Notes: generated by a model from the letters alone, not told the origin. 64,000 nucleotides of DNA from Trueperaceae bacterium (GCA_965214405.1 OZ243956.1:2656001-2720000), one strand, 5' to 3'; shown: positions 1 to 10,571, numbered from the stretch's first letter. Program-made: numbers and translations.

Positions 1-368
1 AGGACCAAAGCCGGAAACATGCTCGTCATCACGATGCCCGTCATGATGACGCGCCGCCCCCGCAGCCGCAGCCGCCCCAACGCGTAACCCGCGAGCGCCG
101 CGAAAAGGACGCAAAGAAGCGTCGCGCCGATGGAGACGACGAAGGAGTTGCGTAAAAAGAGTTCAAAGGGATTGCGCTCAAAGACCTGCACATAATTGTT
201 GAGCGTCGGGTCGGCGGGCAAATAGGTGATGGGCGTGCGCGTGAGTTCGCCCTCGCGCTTGAACGACGTCAAGAAGAGCCACGCCGCCGGGAAAAAGCCG
301 TTGATGATGACCAGCACCAGCGCCACGGTCATAAACACGCGGTTGGTGAGAGAGGGACGTTGTTTCAT
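1..368 (-). CDS. Carbohydrate ABC transporter permease (MalG-like), runs off window edge
   Basis: Hand-translated, not in ORF track: MKQRPSLTNRVFMTVALVLVIINGFFPAAWLFLTSFKREGEL...PTLNNYVQVF...FLRNSFVVS...AGYALGRL; follows the MalF-like permease. Confidence 0.9.
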   Translation of the reverse strand, partial: MKQRPSLTNRVFMTVALVLVIINGFFPAAWLFLTSFKREGELTRTPITYLPADPTLNNYVQVFERNPFELFLRNSFVVSIGATLLCVLFAALAGYALGRLRLRGRRVIMTGIVMTSMFPALV

Positions 369-375
369 TGGCGCA

Positions 376-1584
376 TCATTCCGTATAAATCCAGCGCAGA
401 TAAAACACGGTAATCGTCAGGCTCAGCGCGAAAAGCGCCACCGAGAGCGCCGCCGCGTAGCCGATGTCTAAGCCGTTGGCGGTCTTATAGATGTAGACGC
501 CGAGCGTTTCCAAGGCCCGCCCCGGCCCCCCGCCCGTCATGGTAAAGGGGATGTCGAACGTCTGGATGGCGGTGAGCGTGCGGAAAATAAGCGCGACGGC
601 GATGGAGGGCCGCAACAGGGGCAAGGTGATGCGCCAGAACCGCTGCCACGCGCTCGCCCCGTCCACCACCGCGGCCTCGTACAGACTCTCGTCAATCGAC
701 TGCAAGCCTGCCAGCAGGATGAGCCCCACGAACGACGACGTTTTCCAGATGATAGCCAGGTTCGCCGCGATGACCGCGGACACGGGCCGTGCGAGCCACA
801 GGACGCCGTCATCCCCGACCAGGTTGGGCGGCAGGAGAGCGGCGAAGAGCGTGTTGAGCCCGACCCGCCCGAAGAGGTCGTTAACAACCCCGTAGTCGCT
901 CTGAAAAAGCCACGCGAAGGTGAGGCCGGTGAAGGCTTGGGGCATCGCCCAGGGCAGGAGGAGCGCCACCCGCACGAGCCACTTCAAGGGGTGCTCGACG
1001 TTGGCGAGTAGCGCCAGCGGCAGCCCTACCAGAAAGGACCCGGTCACGCTCACGAAAATAACAAGCAGCGTAAGGTTGAAAGAGCTCCAGAAGCGCTCAT
1101 CGGCCCAGCGTGCCCGTTCTATAGCAGGGTCGGGCTGGTAGCCCATGAGCCATCCGAAGATGAGCACCGCCGCCACGGTCCAGAGGAGCGCGTAGCGCCG
1201 CCCGAGCCCGCCGCGTAGCGCCCACAGCCAGGCCAAAACCGCGCTCGCCAGGCCCAGCACGCGCCACCAGACGAGGCTACTCACGGTCCACAGGGCGGGG
1301 TAGACGGTGCTGCCGTCCCTCTCGACGCCGCGCACCCACAGCATCTCGCGGAAGTTTGTAAGCCCCACAAACGGCGTCCCCAAAAAGGGCTGATTCAGCC
1401 TCTCAAAATGCAGCGACTGCCACAGCACGTTGACGACTGGATAGAGCATCACCACCGCGAGCGTGAGGAGCGCGGGCAGGAGGAGCAAGACGGCGAGCTG
1501 GCCTTCGCTCAAGTTGCCCGTGCGCAGGCGCTGCCAGAAGTTTGGCTTCCGGTAGGTGGGGGCGGGTTTGGAGGAGACGGCCAT
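376..1584 (-). CDS. Carbohydrate ABC transporter permease (MalF-like)
   Basis: EAA loop LYEAAVVDGASAWQRFWRITLPLL; FVGLTNF; multiple TM helices. Confidence 0.92.
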   Translation of the reverse strand: MAVSSKPAPTYRKPNFWQRLRTGNLSEGQLAVLLLLPALLTLAVVMLYPVVNVLWQSLHFERLNQPFLGTPFVGLTNFREMLWVRGVERDGSTVYPALWTVSSLVWWRVLGLASAVLAWLWALRGGLGRRYALLWTVAAVLIFGWLMGYQPDPAIERARWADERFWSSFNLTLLVIFVSVTGSFLVGLPLALLANVEHPLKWLVRVALLLPWAMPQAFTGLTFAWLFQSDYGVVNDLFGRVGLNTLFAALLPPNLVGDDGVLWLARPVSAVIAANLAIIWKTSSFVGLILLAGLQSIDESLYEAAVVDGASAWQRFWRITLPLLRPSIAVALIFRTLTAIQTFDIPFTMTGGGPGRALETLGVYIYKTANGLDIGYAAALSVALFALSLTITVFYLRWIYTE

Positions 1585-1664
1585 AAGATAGTCTGTTTAT
1601 CCTTACATAAAATATAGGGGCAAATATAGGGGCGCGAGGGTTCACGCCCCTGTGGAAGTCACAC

Positions 1665-2942
1665 TTACTGAAGAATGTCCTCTAAACCGACTTGCATCTG
1701 CTCGAGCGCCTCTTCCTCACTCAATGACCCCGCCAAAAAGGCGTTCATGGTGCTCCGGATGAGCTCGGACACGTCGCTATAAAAGGGCGTGACCGGGCGC
1801 GGGCGGGCGTTCACGATGACGTCGTAAAACCTCTCGAAGTGCGGGTTGGCCGCCAAGACCTCGGGGTCTTGGAAGAGTTCGGCGCGGACCGGGATGCGGC
1901 TCGCTTCTATCGCCCAGGCGCGTCCAAACTCTGGCGAAGAAAAGAACTGGATCACGTCAAAGGCGGTTTCTTTATTTTCGCTGTAGGGGTTGATGGCCCA
2001 CTGCCAGCCGCCCACGCAGGTCGCCGACTCGTTGCCCTCAAAGGCGGGCAGGGGCGCGACGCCCACCACGCCCGCGACCTCGGAGTCCTCGTCCCCCTGG
2101 AAGCGCGCCCAGGCGTAGCCCCAGTTGAGCATGAACACCACGTCGCCCGCTTGGAACTCTTGGCGGGAGTTGTCCGTGCCCGTCTCGGCGATGTTGGGCT
2201 TCGTGATGCCTGAGTCTAAGGTTTCTTGGTACCACTCCAAGGCTCTCTGTCCCTCGGGCGAGTCCACGGTGATGTTGCCGTCGGCGTCTTGCCAATCGCC
2301 GCCCGCGGTCCACAGCGCCTGCAAGAAGGTGCAGTTGGTGCCCTCGATGGCGGCGCCCTGGTAGTTGAAGCCTTGCAGGGAGGGGTCGTTTTCGCCCTCG
2401 AGAACAGTCAGCGCCTGCTCTTGAAGCTCTTCCCAGGTTGTGGGGGGCTCGAAGCCGTACTTCTCGAGCAAATCCTGACGGTAGTACAAGAACTGCGCGT
2501 CCGTATAGGCGGGGATGGCGTAGAGCGTGCCGTCCACCGTGTCAGCCTCGACGGGACCTTGTAAGAAATCAGCCAGGTACTCCTCCTGCGCTTCTTCGCT
2601 GCCGAAGTATTGGCCCAGCGGCTCCGCCCAGCCCGCGGCGGCGTAGGTGGCGGGGCGGATGACGTCAATCTGGAAGATGTCGATCTCGCCCGACTGGCTC
2701 GTCAGGACGGTATTAAGGTACTGCTGCTGCGCGTCACTCGTCGCGCCGCCCGTTTCAAAGCGGATGGTGACGTTCGGGTTTTCCGCGCTAAAGCGGTCCG
2801 CGTACTCCTGAAACAGGTCCATCGGCTCGCGCGGGTCTAAGAACATGACCACTTCGGTTGGAGAATCGGTCTGCGCGAAAACGTGCGACAGGGGAAGCGC
2901 GAGAAGGGTGACGAGGAACGTCAGGCGTAAGGAACGTTTCAT
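1665..2942 (-). CDS. Sugar ABC transporter substrate-binding protein (trehalose/maltose-like)
   Basis: Signal peptide; LYYRQDLLEKYG..PPTTWEEL, FMLNWGYAW, GGWQWAIN, ARPRPVTPFY motifs; RBS AGGAGG. Confidence 0.9.
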   Translation of the reverse strand: MKRSLRLTFLVTLLALPLSHVFAQTDSPTEVVMFLDPREPMDLFQEYADRFSAENPNVTIRFETGGATSDAQQQYLNTVLTSQSGEIDIFQIDVIRPATYAAAGWAEPLGQYFGSEEAQEEYLADFLQGPVEADTVDGTLYAIPAYTDAQFLYYRQDLLEKYGFEPPTTWEELQEQALTVLEGENDPSLQGFNYQGAAIEGTNCTFLQALWTAGGDWQDADGNITVDSPEGQRALEWYQETLDSGITKPNIAETGTDNSRQEFQAGDVVFMLNWGYAWARFQGDEDSEVAGVVGVAPLPAFEGNESATCVGGWQWAINPYSENKETAFDVIQFFSSPEFGRAWAIEASRIPVRAELFQDPEVLAANPHFERFYDVIVNARPRPVTPFYSDVSELIRSTMNAFLAGSLSEEEALEQMQVGLEDILQ

Positions 2943-3093
2943 AATGCCTCCTAAGATTGGGATACTTTCGCCTTACTTTATCCTATTTGGGCGGCCTTAA
3001 CCAGATGTGCGTCTTCATTCAGCTTCATCTTTGGGTTTTTGGGAGGCTTGAGCCCACCCTCACCTGAGTAACGAGCTTTCTCTTCACCACCCT

Positions 3094-4332
3094 TTATACA
3101 GCCCCGGACGCACGTAACGCGGCCACCTCCTCCTCGCTGTACCCCAACTCCCGCAGCACCTCGTCGGTGTGCTCTCCTAACGTCGGCGGCGGGGTGCGGA
3201 CGCTGCCGGGGGTGCGGGAAAATTTGAGCGGGATGCCCGTCATTTTGAGAGGTCCGGCGGTGGGGTGTGGGAGTTCTACGAACATCTCCCTGGCCTCCGC
3301 CTGCGGGTCATGGGCCACGTCCGCAACCGTGAAAACGGGCGAAGCGGGGACGCCGTGTGTAGAGAGCGTCTCGAGCCAATAGTCGGTCGTCTCCCGCTTA
3401 AAAATCTCTTCTAACATGGGTAAAAGCTCGTCTCGGTGCCCTGCGCGCGCTGAGTTGGTCCGAAACTTAATGTCGTCGGTGAGTTCGGGAAGTCCCAACG
3501 CCTCCGTAAACTTTGCCCACAGCTTGTCATTACCCACCGCGACAATCACGTGACTATCGCGCGTCTCGAAAGCCTGGTACGGAACAATCGTGGGATGAGC
3601 CGAGCCGTAACGCCCCGGCGTCTCGCCCGTTGCAAAATAGTTCCCGGCGAGGTAGGTGAGCCAGGAGATTTGTCCCTCGAAAAGGGAGGTGTCGACGTAC
3701 TGACCGCGTCCGGTCCTTTCCCTCTCCTGCAACGCGCTCAAAATACCTACCACGCTCCACATCGCCGCGCCAAGGTCGGCAACCGCCACCCCGACGCGCA
3801 CCGGGGGCAGCTCGGGGTAACCCGTGGCGCTCATGATGCCGCCCATCGCCAGCCCCATGATGTCGTAGCCGGGCCGGTCGCGGTAGGGGCCGGTCTGCCC
3901 AAAGCCCGAGACGGCGCAGTAGATGAGGCGCGGGTTGATGTCGCTCAGCTTGCTGTATCCGATACCCAGCTTGTCAGCGGTGCCGGGGCGAAAATTCTCC
4001 ACCACCACGTCCGCCCAGGCTGCCAGGCGGTAGATGATGTTTTTGCCCGCAGGGCTCTTGAGGTCAACGGTGAGGCTGCGCTTGTTACGGTTGACCGACA
4101 TAAAGTAGACCGACTCGTCGCCGAGCGCGGGCGGCACCCAGGCGCGCGTGTCGTCGCCGCTGCCGGGTTTTTCTACTTTGACGACTTCTGCGCCAAGGTC
4201 GGCCAGGACCATCGTGCAGTAGGGGCCGCTGAGGATGCGGGAGAGGTCAAGGACGCGCAAGCCGGTGAGGGGGCCGGTGGAGACCTCGAGCCGGTCTTCA
4301 AAAGAAGCGTCAGAACGCGAAACGTTCGCCAC
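3094..4332 (-). CDS. CaiB/BaiF (family III) CoA transferase
   Basis: [55 protein letters not shown]. Confidence 0.93.
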   Translation of the reverse strand: MANVSRSDASFEDRLEVSTGPLTGLRVLDLSRILSGPYCTMVLADLGAEVVKVEKPGSGDDTRAWVPPALGDESVYFMSVNRNKRSLTVDLKSPAGKNIIYRLAAWADVVVENFRPGTADKLGIGYSKLSDINPRLIYCAVSGFGQTGPYRDRPGYDIMGLAMGGIMSATGYPELPPVRVGVAVADLGAAMWSVVGILSALQERERTGRGQYVDTSLFEGQISWLTYLAGNYFATGETPGRYGSAHPTIVPYQAFETRDSHVIVAVGNDKLWAKFTEALGLPELTDDIKFRTNSARAGHRDELLPMLEEIFKRETTDYWLETLSTHGVPASPVFTVADVAHDPQAEAREMFVELPHPTAGPLKMTGIPLKFSRTPGSVRTPPPTLGEHTDEVLRELGYSEEEVAALRASGAV

Positions 4333-4337
4333 GGTTT

Positions 4338-5192
4338 TTAGAGCGCGCGCAACAGGGGCTCTAAGTGCGCTCTGCCCGCGCGGAGCCCAGCTTCGCCGTC
4401 GGAAGCTGAGGCTGTCGTGCCGCTCTGCGAGTGGTGCGACCCGCCAAAAAGCGGGTCTTCATGTTCTAACGAGATACCCCCCGAAAAGCCCACCTCGACA
4501 AGCCGCGTCAACACCGCCCGCCAGTCCACCTCACCCCAACCCGGCACCCGGTAGCGCCACCAGCCCTCGCCCAAAAATCCCTGCCGCCTGAGTTTCGCCC
4601 CGATAACCTCGGTGTCTTTGGCGTGGACGTGAATAATGTAAGGGCCAAACTCGTAAAGTGGCTCATAGGGCTCAATCCCCAAGCGCACAAGGTGACTCGG
4701 GTCGTAGGTGAGGCGAAAGTTAGGCCGGTCCACCCTTTCAATGAGCGCCCCCCAAAGGTCGGGGTTGATGGCGATGTTGCCCGTGTCGGGGCAGTTTTCC
4801 ACCGCCACCGCCACGCCCTCACCCGCGCGGTCACAGAGGCGTTGCAGGGCCTCTGCGCTCCCCGCGACGTTCTCGCTTAGACTCACCGCCGGGTCGATGC
4901 CCGTTGAAATGTTGACAATCGGTACGCCGTGGTCTCTGGCAATGTCGATGCGCGCCTCTGTGTTCTCCAAGAACTCTTTGCGTTTTGCTTCATCAGGATG
5001 ACGAATGTTGCGGCAGTAGAGGAGCGCGCTGACCCGTAGGATGGGGTCTGAAAGGTACGCCCTAAGCTCATCTAAAGGCGCGTGCGGGCCGACCTCCATA
5101 TGCGCGTAGCCCTCCGCCGCGCCCCACGCGGCAATCTCATTTAGGGAGCGCCCCGCCAAGGCGCTCGTGATAAACCCCAAGGTGATGGTCAT
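4338..5192 (-). CDS. Sugar phosphate isomerase/epimerase family (xylose isomerase-like TIM barrel)
   Basis: [32 protein letters not shown] metal-binding pattern. Confidence 0.85.
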   Translation of the reverse strand: MTITLGFITSALAGRSLNEIAAWGAAEGYAHMEVGPHAPLDELRAYLSDPILRVSALLYCRNIRHPDEAKRKEFLENTEARIDIARDHGVPIVNISTGIDPAVSLSENVAGSAEALQRLCDRAGEGVAVAVENCPDTGNIAINPDLWGALIERVDRPNFRLTYDPSHLVRLGIEPYEPLYEFGPYIIHVHAKDTEVIGAKLRRQGFLGEGWWRYRVPGWGEVDWRAVLTRLVEVGFSGGISLEHEDPLFGGSHHSQSGTTASASDGEAGLRAGRAHLEPLLRAL

Positions 5193-5246
5193 GGAGAGAG
5201 CAAGCTACCACGCGCGCCTCCTCACTTCAAGATTTCATACAGGTTT

Positions 5247-6218
5247 TCACGTAGCGCCGCCCTCGCTCGGCCTTCCCGGCACCCCCTCGTCCGGCGCGCC
5301 GCTCTCACCTTCGTCTCTTTTGGCGTCTCCTTTAGATTTTTCTTCAGGCGTCTTCCTGTGGTGACGCAGCGAGCCGTAACGCACGGCGTAGGCCTTGCCA
5401 AATTCCGCGCCCAGGAAAAAGAGTTGCGCGGTGAAAAAAACCCACAGCAAAAAGACCACCAGCGACCCCGCCGCGCCGTAGGCCGAACCCACCACGCTGT
5501 TGCCGATAAAAATGCCGATGGCCCACTTTCCTATCGTAAAAAGGAGCGCCGTCACGATAGCGCCCGGCCCCACGTCGCGCCAGGTGAGGGGGATGTCGGG
5601 CAAAAACTTGTAGAGCAGCGCAAAAAGAAGACTGAGAAGCACGATGTTGACCACCGCGTCGAACGCGCCCACGAGCGCGGCAGGCATCATCAACTGTTTG
5701 CTCAAAAAACGCGTAAAAGCGGCCAGCGCCGCGCTTAATAGGAGCGACGTCAGCAGCAGAAAGCCGAGACCCAGCACCAGCGCCAGCGACACGATGCGGC
5801 CCCAGACCGCGCTCATGATCCCGCCGCGGTGCCCCTTGCTGACGCTCCAGATGGCGTCGAGCGACTCTCTAAGTTCGTTGAGCACCGCCGAAGCGACAAA
5901 AAACAAGATGCCGAAGCCGATAAGCGAGGCGATGATGCCCGAGCGCGCGCCGTAGGCGTCAAAGGCGTTGGTAAAGAGCAGCTCGACCACCTCGTCGCCC
6001 GCATCGCCGATGAGGCTGTGGAGCTGCGCGGCCACCTCGGTTTGGACCTGCTGCCGCTCGAACACGATGCTGCTTATGCCCAGCGCGATCACGAAAAGGG
6101 GTGCCAAGGACAGCACCGTGTAAAACGCCAGCGCCGCCCCCATGCGCGGCACGTTATCCTCGCCATAGGCGCGCATGGTATCCTGCAGAAGCGTCCGACC
6201 GACCCTCAACATGACCAT
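5247..6218 (-). CDS. YihY/virulence factor BrkB family membrane protein
   Basis: GAALAFYTVLSLAP; YGAAGSLVVFLLWVFFTAQLFFLGAEF. Confidence 0.92.
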   Translation of the reverse strand: MVMLRVGRTLLQDTMRAYGEDNVPRMGAALAFYTVLSLAPLFVIALGISSIVFERQQVQTEVAAQLHSLIGDAGDEVVELLFTNAFDAYGARSGIIASLIGFGILFFVASAVLNELRESLDAIWSVSKGHRGGIMSAVWGRIVSLALVLGLGFLLLTSLLLSAALAAFTRFLSKQLMMPAALVGAFDAVVNIVLLSLLFALLYKFLPDIPLTWRDVGPGAIVTALLFTIGKWAIGIFIGNSVVGSAYGAAGSLVVFLLWVFFTAQLFFLGAEFGKAYAVRYGSLRHHRKTPEEKSKGDAKRDEGESGAPDEGVPGRPSEGGAT

Positions 6219-6331
6219 AAGACCATGTTACCGAGAATCGCCTGAACAATGAGCGGTTGCGACCCAGTTCGCCCCGACGCCAAACCGGAACGCCTTGCGT
6301 CTAGCGCATTCACGACGAGGTAAAGGCGTGG

Positions 6332-6478
6332 TTAAGTGCGCCTAATAAACCTTACCAGCAGGAGAATCACAGCGACGACCAGCAGAATCCAAATAAAGTT
6401 GCCGATGGTGTAGACGCCAACAATCCCCAGAAGCCACAAAATAATAAGAATGATGGCGATGATCTCGAGCACACCCAT
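6332..6478 (-). CDS. Small two-TM membrane protein (lmo0937-like), 48 aa
   Basis: Hand-translated MGVLEIIAIILIILWLLGIVGVYTIGNFIWILLVVAVILLLVRFIRRT; AGGAG RBS upstream; below ORF-track cutoff. Confidence 0.8.
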   Translation of the reverse strand: MGVLEIIAIILIILWLLGIVGVYTIGNFIWILLVVAVILLLVRFIRRT

Positions 6479-6636
6479 AAGCGCTTCTCCTTAGAAGGTA
6501 GTACACATCAAAGTTTGTAAACTCCATTACGTTTTTCAATGCCTCCTATATAATTCCTCATTCGAGTCACCTGAAAAGCAAGAGAAGTTACATTTTGTTT
6601 ATGATTCCGCCTCTGACGAACATAAATATTAAAGTT

Positions 6637-7746
6637 TCAGATCCCGGCCCTCTGGCTACGCCGGAGTCCCCCCGCCGCCACAACCAGAGAAAGCGTCAGG
6701 AGCACCGTAGAAAGCCCGAGCGCCCCCGCCGCGCCGCCCGCCACGTCCCCCGCCAAACCGCTCAGCGTCGGCCCCAGCGCCTGCCCGAACGCGAAGGTTG
6801 CGGTAGAGACCGCAAGCGCCCGCGCCCAGGCACCGGGGGGCAAGCGGTGCCTGATCACCTGCGTGATGGCGGTGACGACGCCCAGAAAAGAGATACCGAA
6901 CGCGAACGCCGAGAGTAGAGGCGCGTAAACGACCAGGGGGTAGAGGCTCGAGGCCGCCAGCACCACCAGCACATGCACAAGCCCCCGCGCCCCGCCCACG
7001 CGCTCCACCCACGCTCCCCAGGCCAGCCCCGTCAGCACCGCCCCTAGCCCGAGTACCGCCCAAAAGGGGCCGATGGGCGTCCCCAACCCCGTCGTCACAA
7101 AGGTCATGTAACCGATATAGCCCGCCCCGTAAAGCCCGTAAGACACGAGCAGCAGTTTGATAGGGCGCAAACTCCCTGCCGCGCCCACGGTGCGCGGCGC
7201 GGGTTCTGTGAGCCTTCGTAAAACCAGCAAACTCACCAGCGTCAGAGCGAGCGAGAGCGCCCCCAGCAGCGCCCACGCCTCCCCCCAATCCCCCGCAAGG
7301 GGCACTATGAGAGGCGACAGCAAGATACCGAGCCCCACCCCGCCAAAGTAAACGCCCGTCGCCAACCCGCGCCCGCCGCTCGCTAGGAGAAGCGCCGCGC
7401 CGCCCACGAACACAAACGCGCCCAGCGCACCCTGGACGAAGCGCAACGCGAAAAGAAGGGGAAAGGAAGCACTCACCGCGAGAAGCGCCAAACTAACCGC
7501 CTGGAGGAGCAGCGACGCGTAGAAGCCCCGGCGGTAGCCCAGCGCGTAGAGCACCCGGTGGCTCACAAGTGCGCCCACGAGGTAGCCCGCCGTGTTCGCA
7601 CTCCCTAAAAGCCCCGCCTGCGCGTAAGAGAGCCCCAGCGCCATCTGCATGTCCGGGAGCACGAGCGCGTAGGCGAAGCGGCCAATGCCCAGCGCCGCGC
7701 CGGGGCCGAAGCCTAAGAAGAAACCGAGAGAGAGACCGGAACGCAT
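6637..7746 (-). CDS. YbfB/YjiJ-family MFS transporter
   Basis: ALGIGRFAYALVLPDM, AGLLGSANTAGYLVGAL, YGAGYIGYMTF. Confidence 0.88.
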   Translation of the reverse strand: MRSGLSLGFFLGFGPGAALGIGRFAYALVLPDMQMALGLSYAQAGLLGSANTAGYLVGALVSHRVLYALGYRRGFYASLLLQAVSLALLAVSASFPLLFALRFVQGALGAFVFVGGAALLLASGGRGLATGVYFGGVGLGILLSPLIVPLAGDWGEAWALLGALSLALTLVSLLVLRRLTEPAPRTVGAAGSLRPIKLLLVSYGLYGAGYIGYMTFVTTGLGTPIGPFWAVLGLGAVLTGLAWGAWVERVGGARGLVHVLVVLAASSLYPLVVYAPLLSAFAFGISFLGVVTAITQVIRHRLPPGAWARALAVSTATFAFGQALGPTLSGLAGDVAGGAAGALGLSTVLLTLSLVVAAGGLRRSQRAGI

Positions 7747-7773
7747 CGTGAGATTGTACGTTGATATAAGTTC

Positions 7774-8238
7774 TTAAAGTTTTTTGGTCATAAACACGCT
7801 GTTCGGGTCGTCGGTGTAGTCGGCGAAGGGGCCTCGAGCCGCAAACCCGTACCGCGCGTACAAAGCCCTTGCCGGGGCAAACTCGGGCATCGCCCCCGTT
7901 TCCAGATTGAGAGAATCGTAAGCACGCCGCCTGGCTTCGTTGATGATGTGCTCGAGCAGCCTCGAGCCGACGCCCCTACCGCGGTGGGCGAGCACCGTAC
8001 GCATTGATTTGACTTCGCCGGTTTTTGAATCCAGTTCTTTTAACGCCCCGCAACCGAGCAGTTCGTCACCCTCCCAAACTGACCAAAAGGTGATGTCGGG
8101 CGAGCGCAAGCCTTCCAAAGGAAGCGCGTGGATACTTTCGGGCGGCGTGACGTCGTGCATGTTCTCGAGGTGCTCCCGGAGAAAGGCGATGATTTTCTCT
8201 CCTGTTAAGTCATCTTGACGGATCTGCAACCCACTCAC
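7774..8238 (-). CDS. GNAT N-acetyltransferase (YedL-like)
   Basis: TPPESIHAL, GEVKSMRT, RGRGVG, LETG, PFADYTDDPNSVFM. Confidence 0.9.
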   Translation of the reverse strand: MSGLQIRQDDLTGEKIIAFLREHLENMHDVTPPESIHALPLEGLRSPDITFWSVWEGDELLGCGALKELDSKTGEVKSMRTVLAHRGRGVGSRLLEHIINEARRRAYDSLNLETGAMPEFAPARALYARYGFAARGPFADYTDDPNSVFMTKKL

Positions 8239-8384
8239 CTCTTTTGTTTGTCAAATGATGTTCTAATTGAAAGCTCGCCTTTCATCTCAAAGCGCCTGCC
8301 CTCTTTAATCCCGAGAGTATAGCGCCCTCGGTAGAGCCGACACTCGAGTGAGACGCTAAAAAAGACGCTTCACAGGGAGAAACT

Positions 8385-9848
8385 TCACGAACGCGGCAAG
8401 CGCCAGAAGCGGCGGTCGAACACGATGAAGAGGGTGAGGATCTCGAGCCGCCCCGCGATCATGGCGAGGCTCAGGAGGAGCTGGCTTAGGGGATGAAGCG
8501 AACTGTAACTCTCCATCGGCCCCACCCCCGCCAGCCCCGGCCCGACATTGCCCAGGCAGGCGACGGCGGCGCTCAGCGCGGTGGTAAAGTCCGCGCCGAG
8601 CCAGGTGAGAATGAGGGTCAGCCCGGCGGTAAGCACCACGAACAGCGTGACAAACGCGGCCACGGCGCGCAGCACGTCTTCGGGCACGGCGACCCGGTCC
8701 AGATGGATCGGCACCACGGCGCGGGGATGGAGCGCGCGGCGGATTTCGCGGCGCGTGTTCTCGCCGATAATGAGCCAGCGTACAATCTTGACACCCCCCG
8801 CGGCGCTCCCCGCCGAGCCGCCGATAAACATGAGCGCCACCAAAATGCCCTGAGCGGACGCGGGCCACAGATTGTAGTCAACCGAGGCGTAGCCCGTGGT
8901 CGTGAGGATGCTGACGACCTGGAAAAAGCTGTGGCGCAAGCTTTCCAGAGGCCCGTAGGTGTGGCGCAACGCCACCGTGACCACGAGCGTCGCCAGAGCG
9001 ATGATAACGAGGTAGGCGCGAAACTCGCTGTTGCGCCAGAAAATCCCGATTCGCCCCCTCGAGGCGCGGATATAGAGCGCAAAAGAAACCCCCGCGAGCA
9101 GCATAAAGGTCATCGCCACCCACTCGACGCGGGGCGCGTAATCGACAAAACTTTCGGCCCTCGGACTAAAGCCCGCCGCCGAGACCGTCGTAAACGTGTG
9201 GGCCAGCGCGTCGTAAAAGGTCATGCCCGCAAGTCGGTAGGCAACCAAACAGAGCACGGTCAGGCTCCCGTACACCGCCATTACCGCCCCCGCGGTCTGC
9301 CGCAGCTTGGGCGTGAGCTTTTCTTCGGTCGGCCCGGTCATCTCGGCGAAAAAGAGCTGCCGTCCGGCGAGGGCGAACTGCGGCAGCACGATAATAAAGA
9401 GCACGATGATGCCGATGCCGCCCAGCCACTGCGACACCGCCCGGTAGATGAATAAGCTTGCCGGAAAGGTATCAAAGTGGTCGAGCGCCGTGGCCCCCGT
9501 GGCGGTAAAGCCGCTTGCCGATTCAAAAAGCGCGTTGACCAAACTCATCCCCCCGCCGAACCTGTAGGGCAGCGCGCCCACCACCGTCACCACCACCCAC
9601 AAAAGCGTCACCGCGATGAGCCCCTCGCGCCGCGTCGGCTGCGCGTTGCGGTGACCGAAAAAGAGGAGCGCACCCCCGAAACCGCCACCCAAAAGCGCCG
9701 CCAGCGCGTGCCCCCGAATGGGTTCATCCACAAGGAGCGCGTAAATCCCAAAAACGACGTTTAGGAGCGCCACCCCGAACAAGCCTACGCCCAAAACGTA
9801 GGGCGCAAACCGCCCCCGCGACCCCGCTGAGTTGCGCCGCAGGCTCAA
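8385..9848 (-). CDS. trkH: Trk system potassium uptake protein TrkH
   Basis: FESASGFTATGAT, QWLGGIGII, TTTGYA, GGSAGSAAGGVK, LGNVGPGL, GRLEI. Confidence 0.93.
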   Translation of the reverse strand: MSLRRNSAGSRGRFAPYVLGVGLFGVALLNVVFGIYALLVDEPIRGHALAALLGGGFGGALLFFGHRNAQPTRREGLIAVTLLWVVVTVVGALPYRFGGGMSLVNALFESASGFTATGATALDHFDTFPASLFIYRAVSQWLGGIGIIVLFIIVLPQFALAGRQLFFAEMTGPTEEKLTPKLRQTAGAVMAVYGSLTVLCLVAYRLAGMTFYDALAHTFTTVSAAGFSPRAESFVDYAPRVEWVAMTFMLLAGVSFALYIRASRGRIGIFWRNSEFRAYLVIIALATLVVTVALRHTYGPLESLRHSFFQVVSILTTTGYASVDYNLWPASAQGILVALMFIGGSAGSAAGGVKIVRWLIIGENTRREIRRALHPRAVVPIHLDRVAVPEDVLRAVAAFVTLFVVLTAGLTLILTWLGADFTTALSAAVACLGNVGPGLAGVGPMESYSSLHPLSQLLLSLAMIAGRLEILTLFIVFDRRFWRLPRS

Positions 9849-9973
9849 AGAACCTGAGGCTCTTTGAGGTTTTGCGCCTTGTTTTTGTTGATAATGGTCA
9901 CATTGTGCGGGTGGTGGAGCGCCCCGGAAGCCTGCAAAAGGGTTTCACCACCGCCTAGAATCACTGTATTCAT
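9845..9973 (-). pseudogene. Probable trkA remnant (42 aa)
   Basis: MNTVILGGGETLLQASGALHHPHNVTIINKNK... resembles the RCK-N start (xxxIxGxGxxG...H.VxxID); its TGA overlaps the trkH TTG start. Confidence 0.6.
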
Positions 9974-10081
9974 GGGTAAAGCATACGACAAAGCGCACTC
10001 TTGCGATAACCTTCGTGGTGGAGGGGCTGTGGGGCTCGAGCCTCAGTTTACTGTTCTTGTCCTTGGTGCTAAAATTGTTTA

Positions 10082-10357
10082 GTGCTGCAGTTCGAGTGGG
10101 ACCCAAACAAAGCCCAAGGTAACGCCGAGAAGCACGGTGTTTCATTTAGAGAGGCGGCGACGGTGTTTGGCGACCCACTTTCGTATACCTTTGACGACTC
10201 CAACCATTCGGATGAGGAACTTCGTTTTTTGACGGTTGGCCTTGCTATTACGGGCAAGCTGCTTGTCGTTTCGCATACCGACCGAGGGGGCAAAATCCGT
10301 ATCATAAGCGCACGTGAACTGACCAAACGAGAACGAGAATTTTATAGAGGAGGCTAA
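10082..10357 (+). CDS. brnT: BrnT-family toxin (ribonuclease)
   Basis: FEWDPNKAQGNAEKHGVSFREAATVFGD, HSDEELRF, IRIISAR. Confidence 0.92.
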   Translation: MLQFEWDPNKAQGNAEKHGVSFREAATVFGDPLSYTFDDSNHSDEELRFLTVGLAITGKLLVVSHTDRGGKIRIISARELTKREREFYRGG

Positions 10358-10358
10358 C

Positions 10359-10571
10359 GTGGCAGACGACGTAAAACCGGAGTACGATTTTTCCAAACTG
10401 GGCGAACCTGTAAGGGGTAAATACGCTGAAGCGTACAAACAAGGCAGTAACTTGGTTCTGTTAGATGAAGACGTTGCAAAAGTCTTTCCAAACGAGAGAG
10501 CCGTAAACGAAGCCTTGCGTCTGCTTATGATGTTGGCGAAGCAGCAGGTAAGTGCCGCTACTGAGGCTTGA
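10359..10571 (+). CDS. Putative cognate antitoxin (BrnA-like position)
   Basis: Directly after toxin; EYDFS...RGKYA...VLLDEDVAKVFPNERAVNEALR. Confidence 0.78.
   Translation: MADDVKPEYDFSKLGEPVRGKYAEAYKQGSNLVLLDEDVAKVFPNERAVNEALRLLMMLAKQQVSAATEA

Noticed and set aside
9850..10080. c-di-AMP (ydaO) riboswitch upstream of trkH
   Set aside because: The conserved riboswitch segments are not found on the minus strand; the region is better explained by a trkA stub
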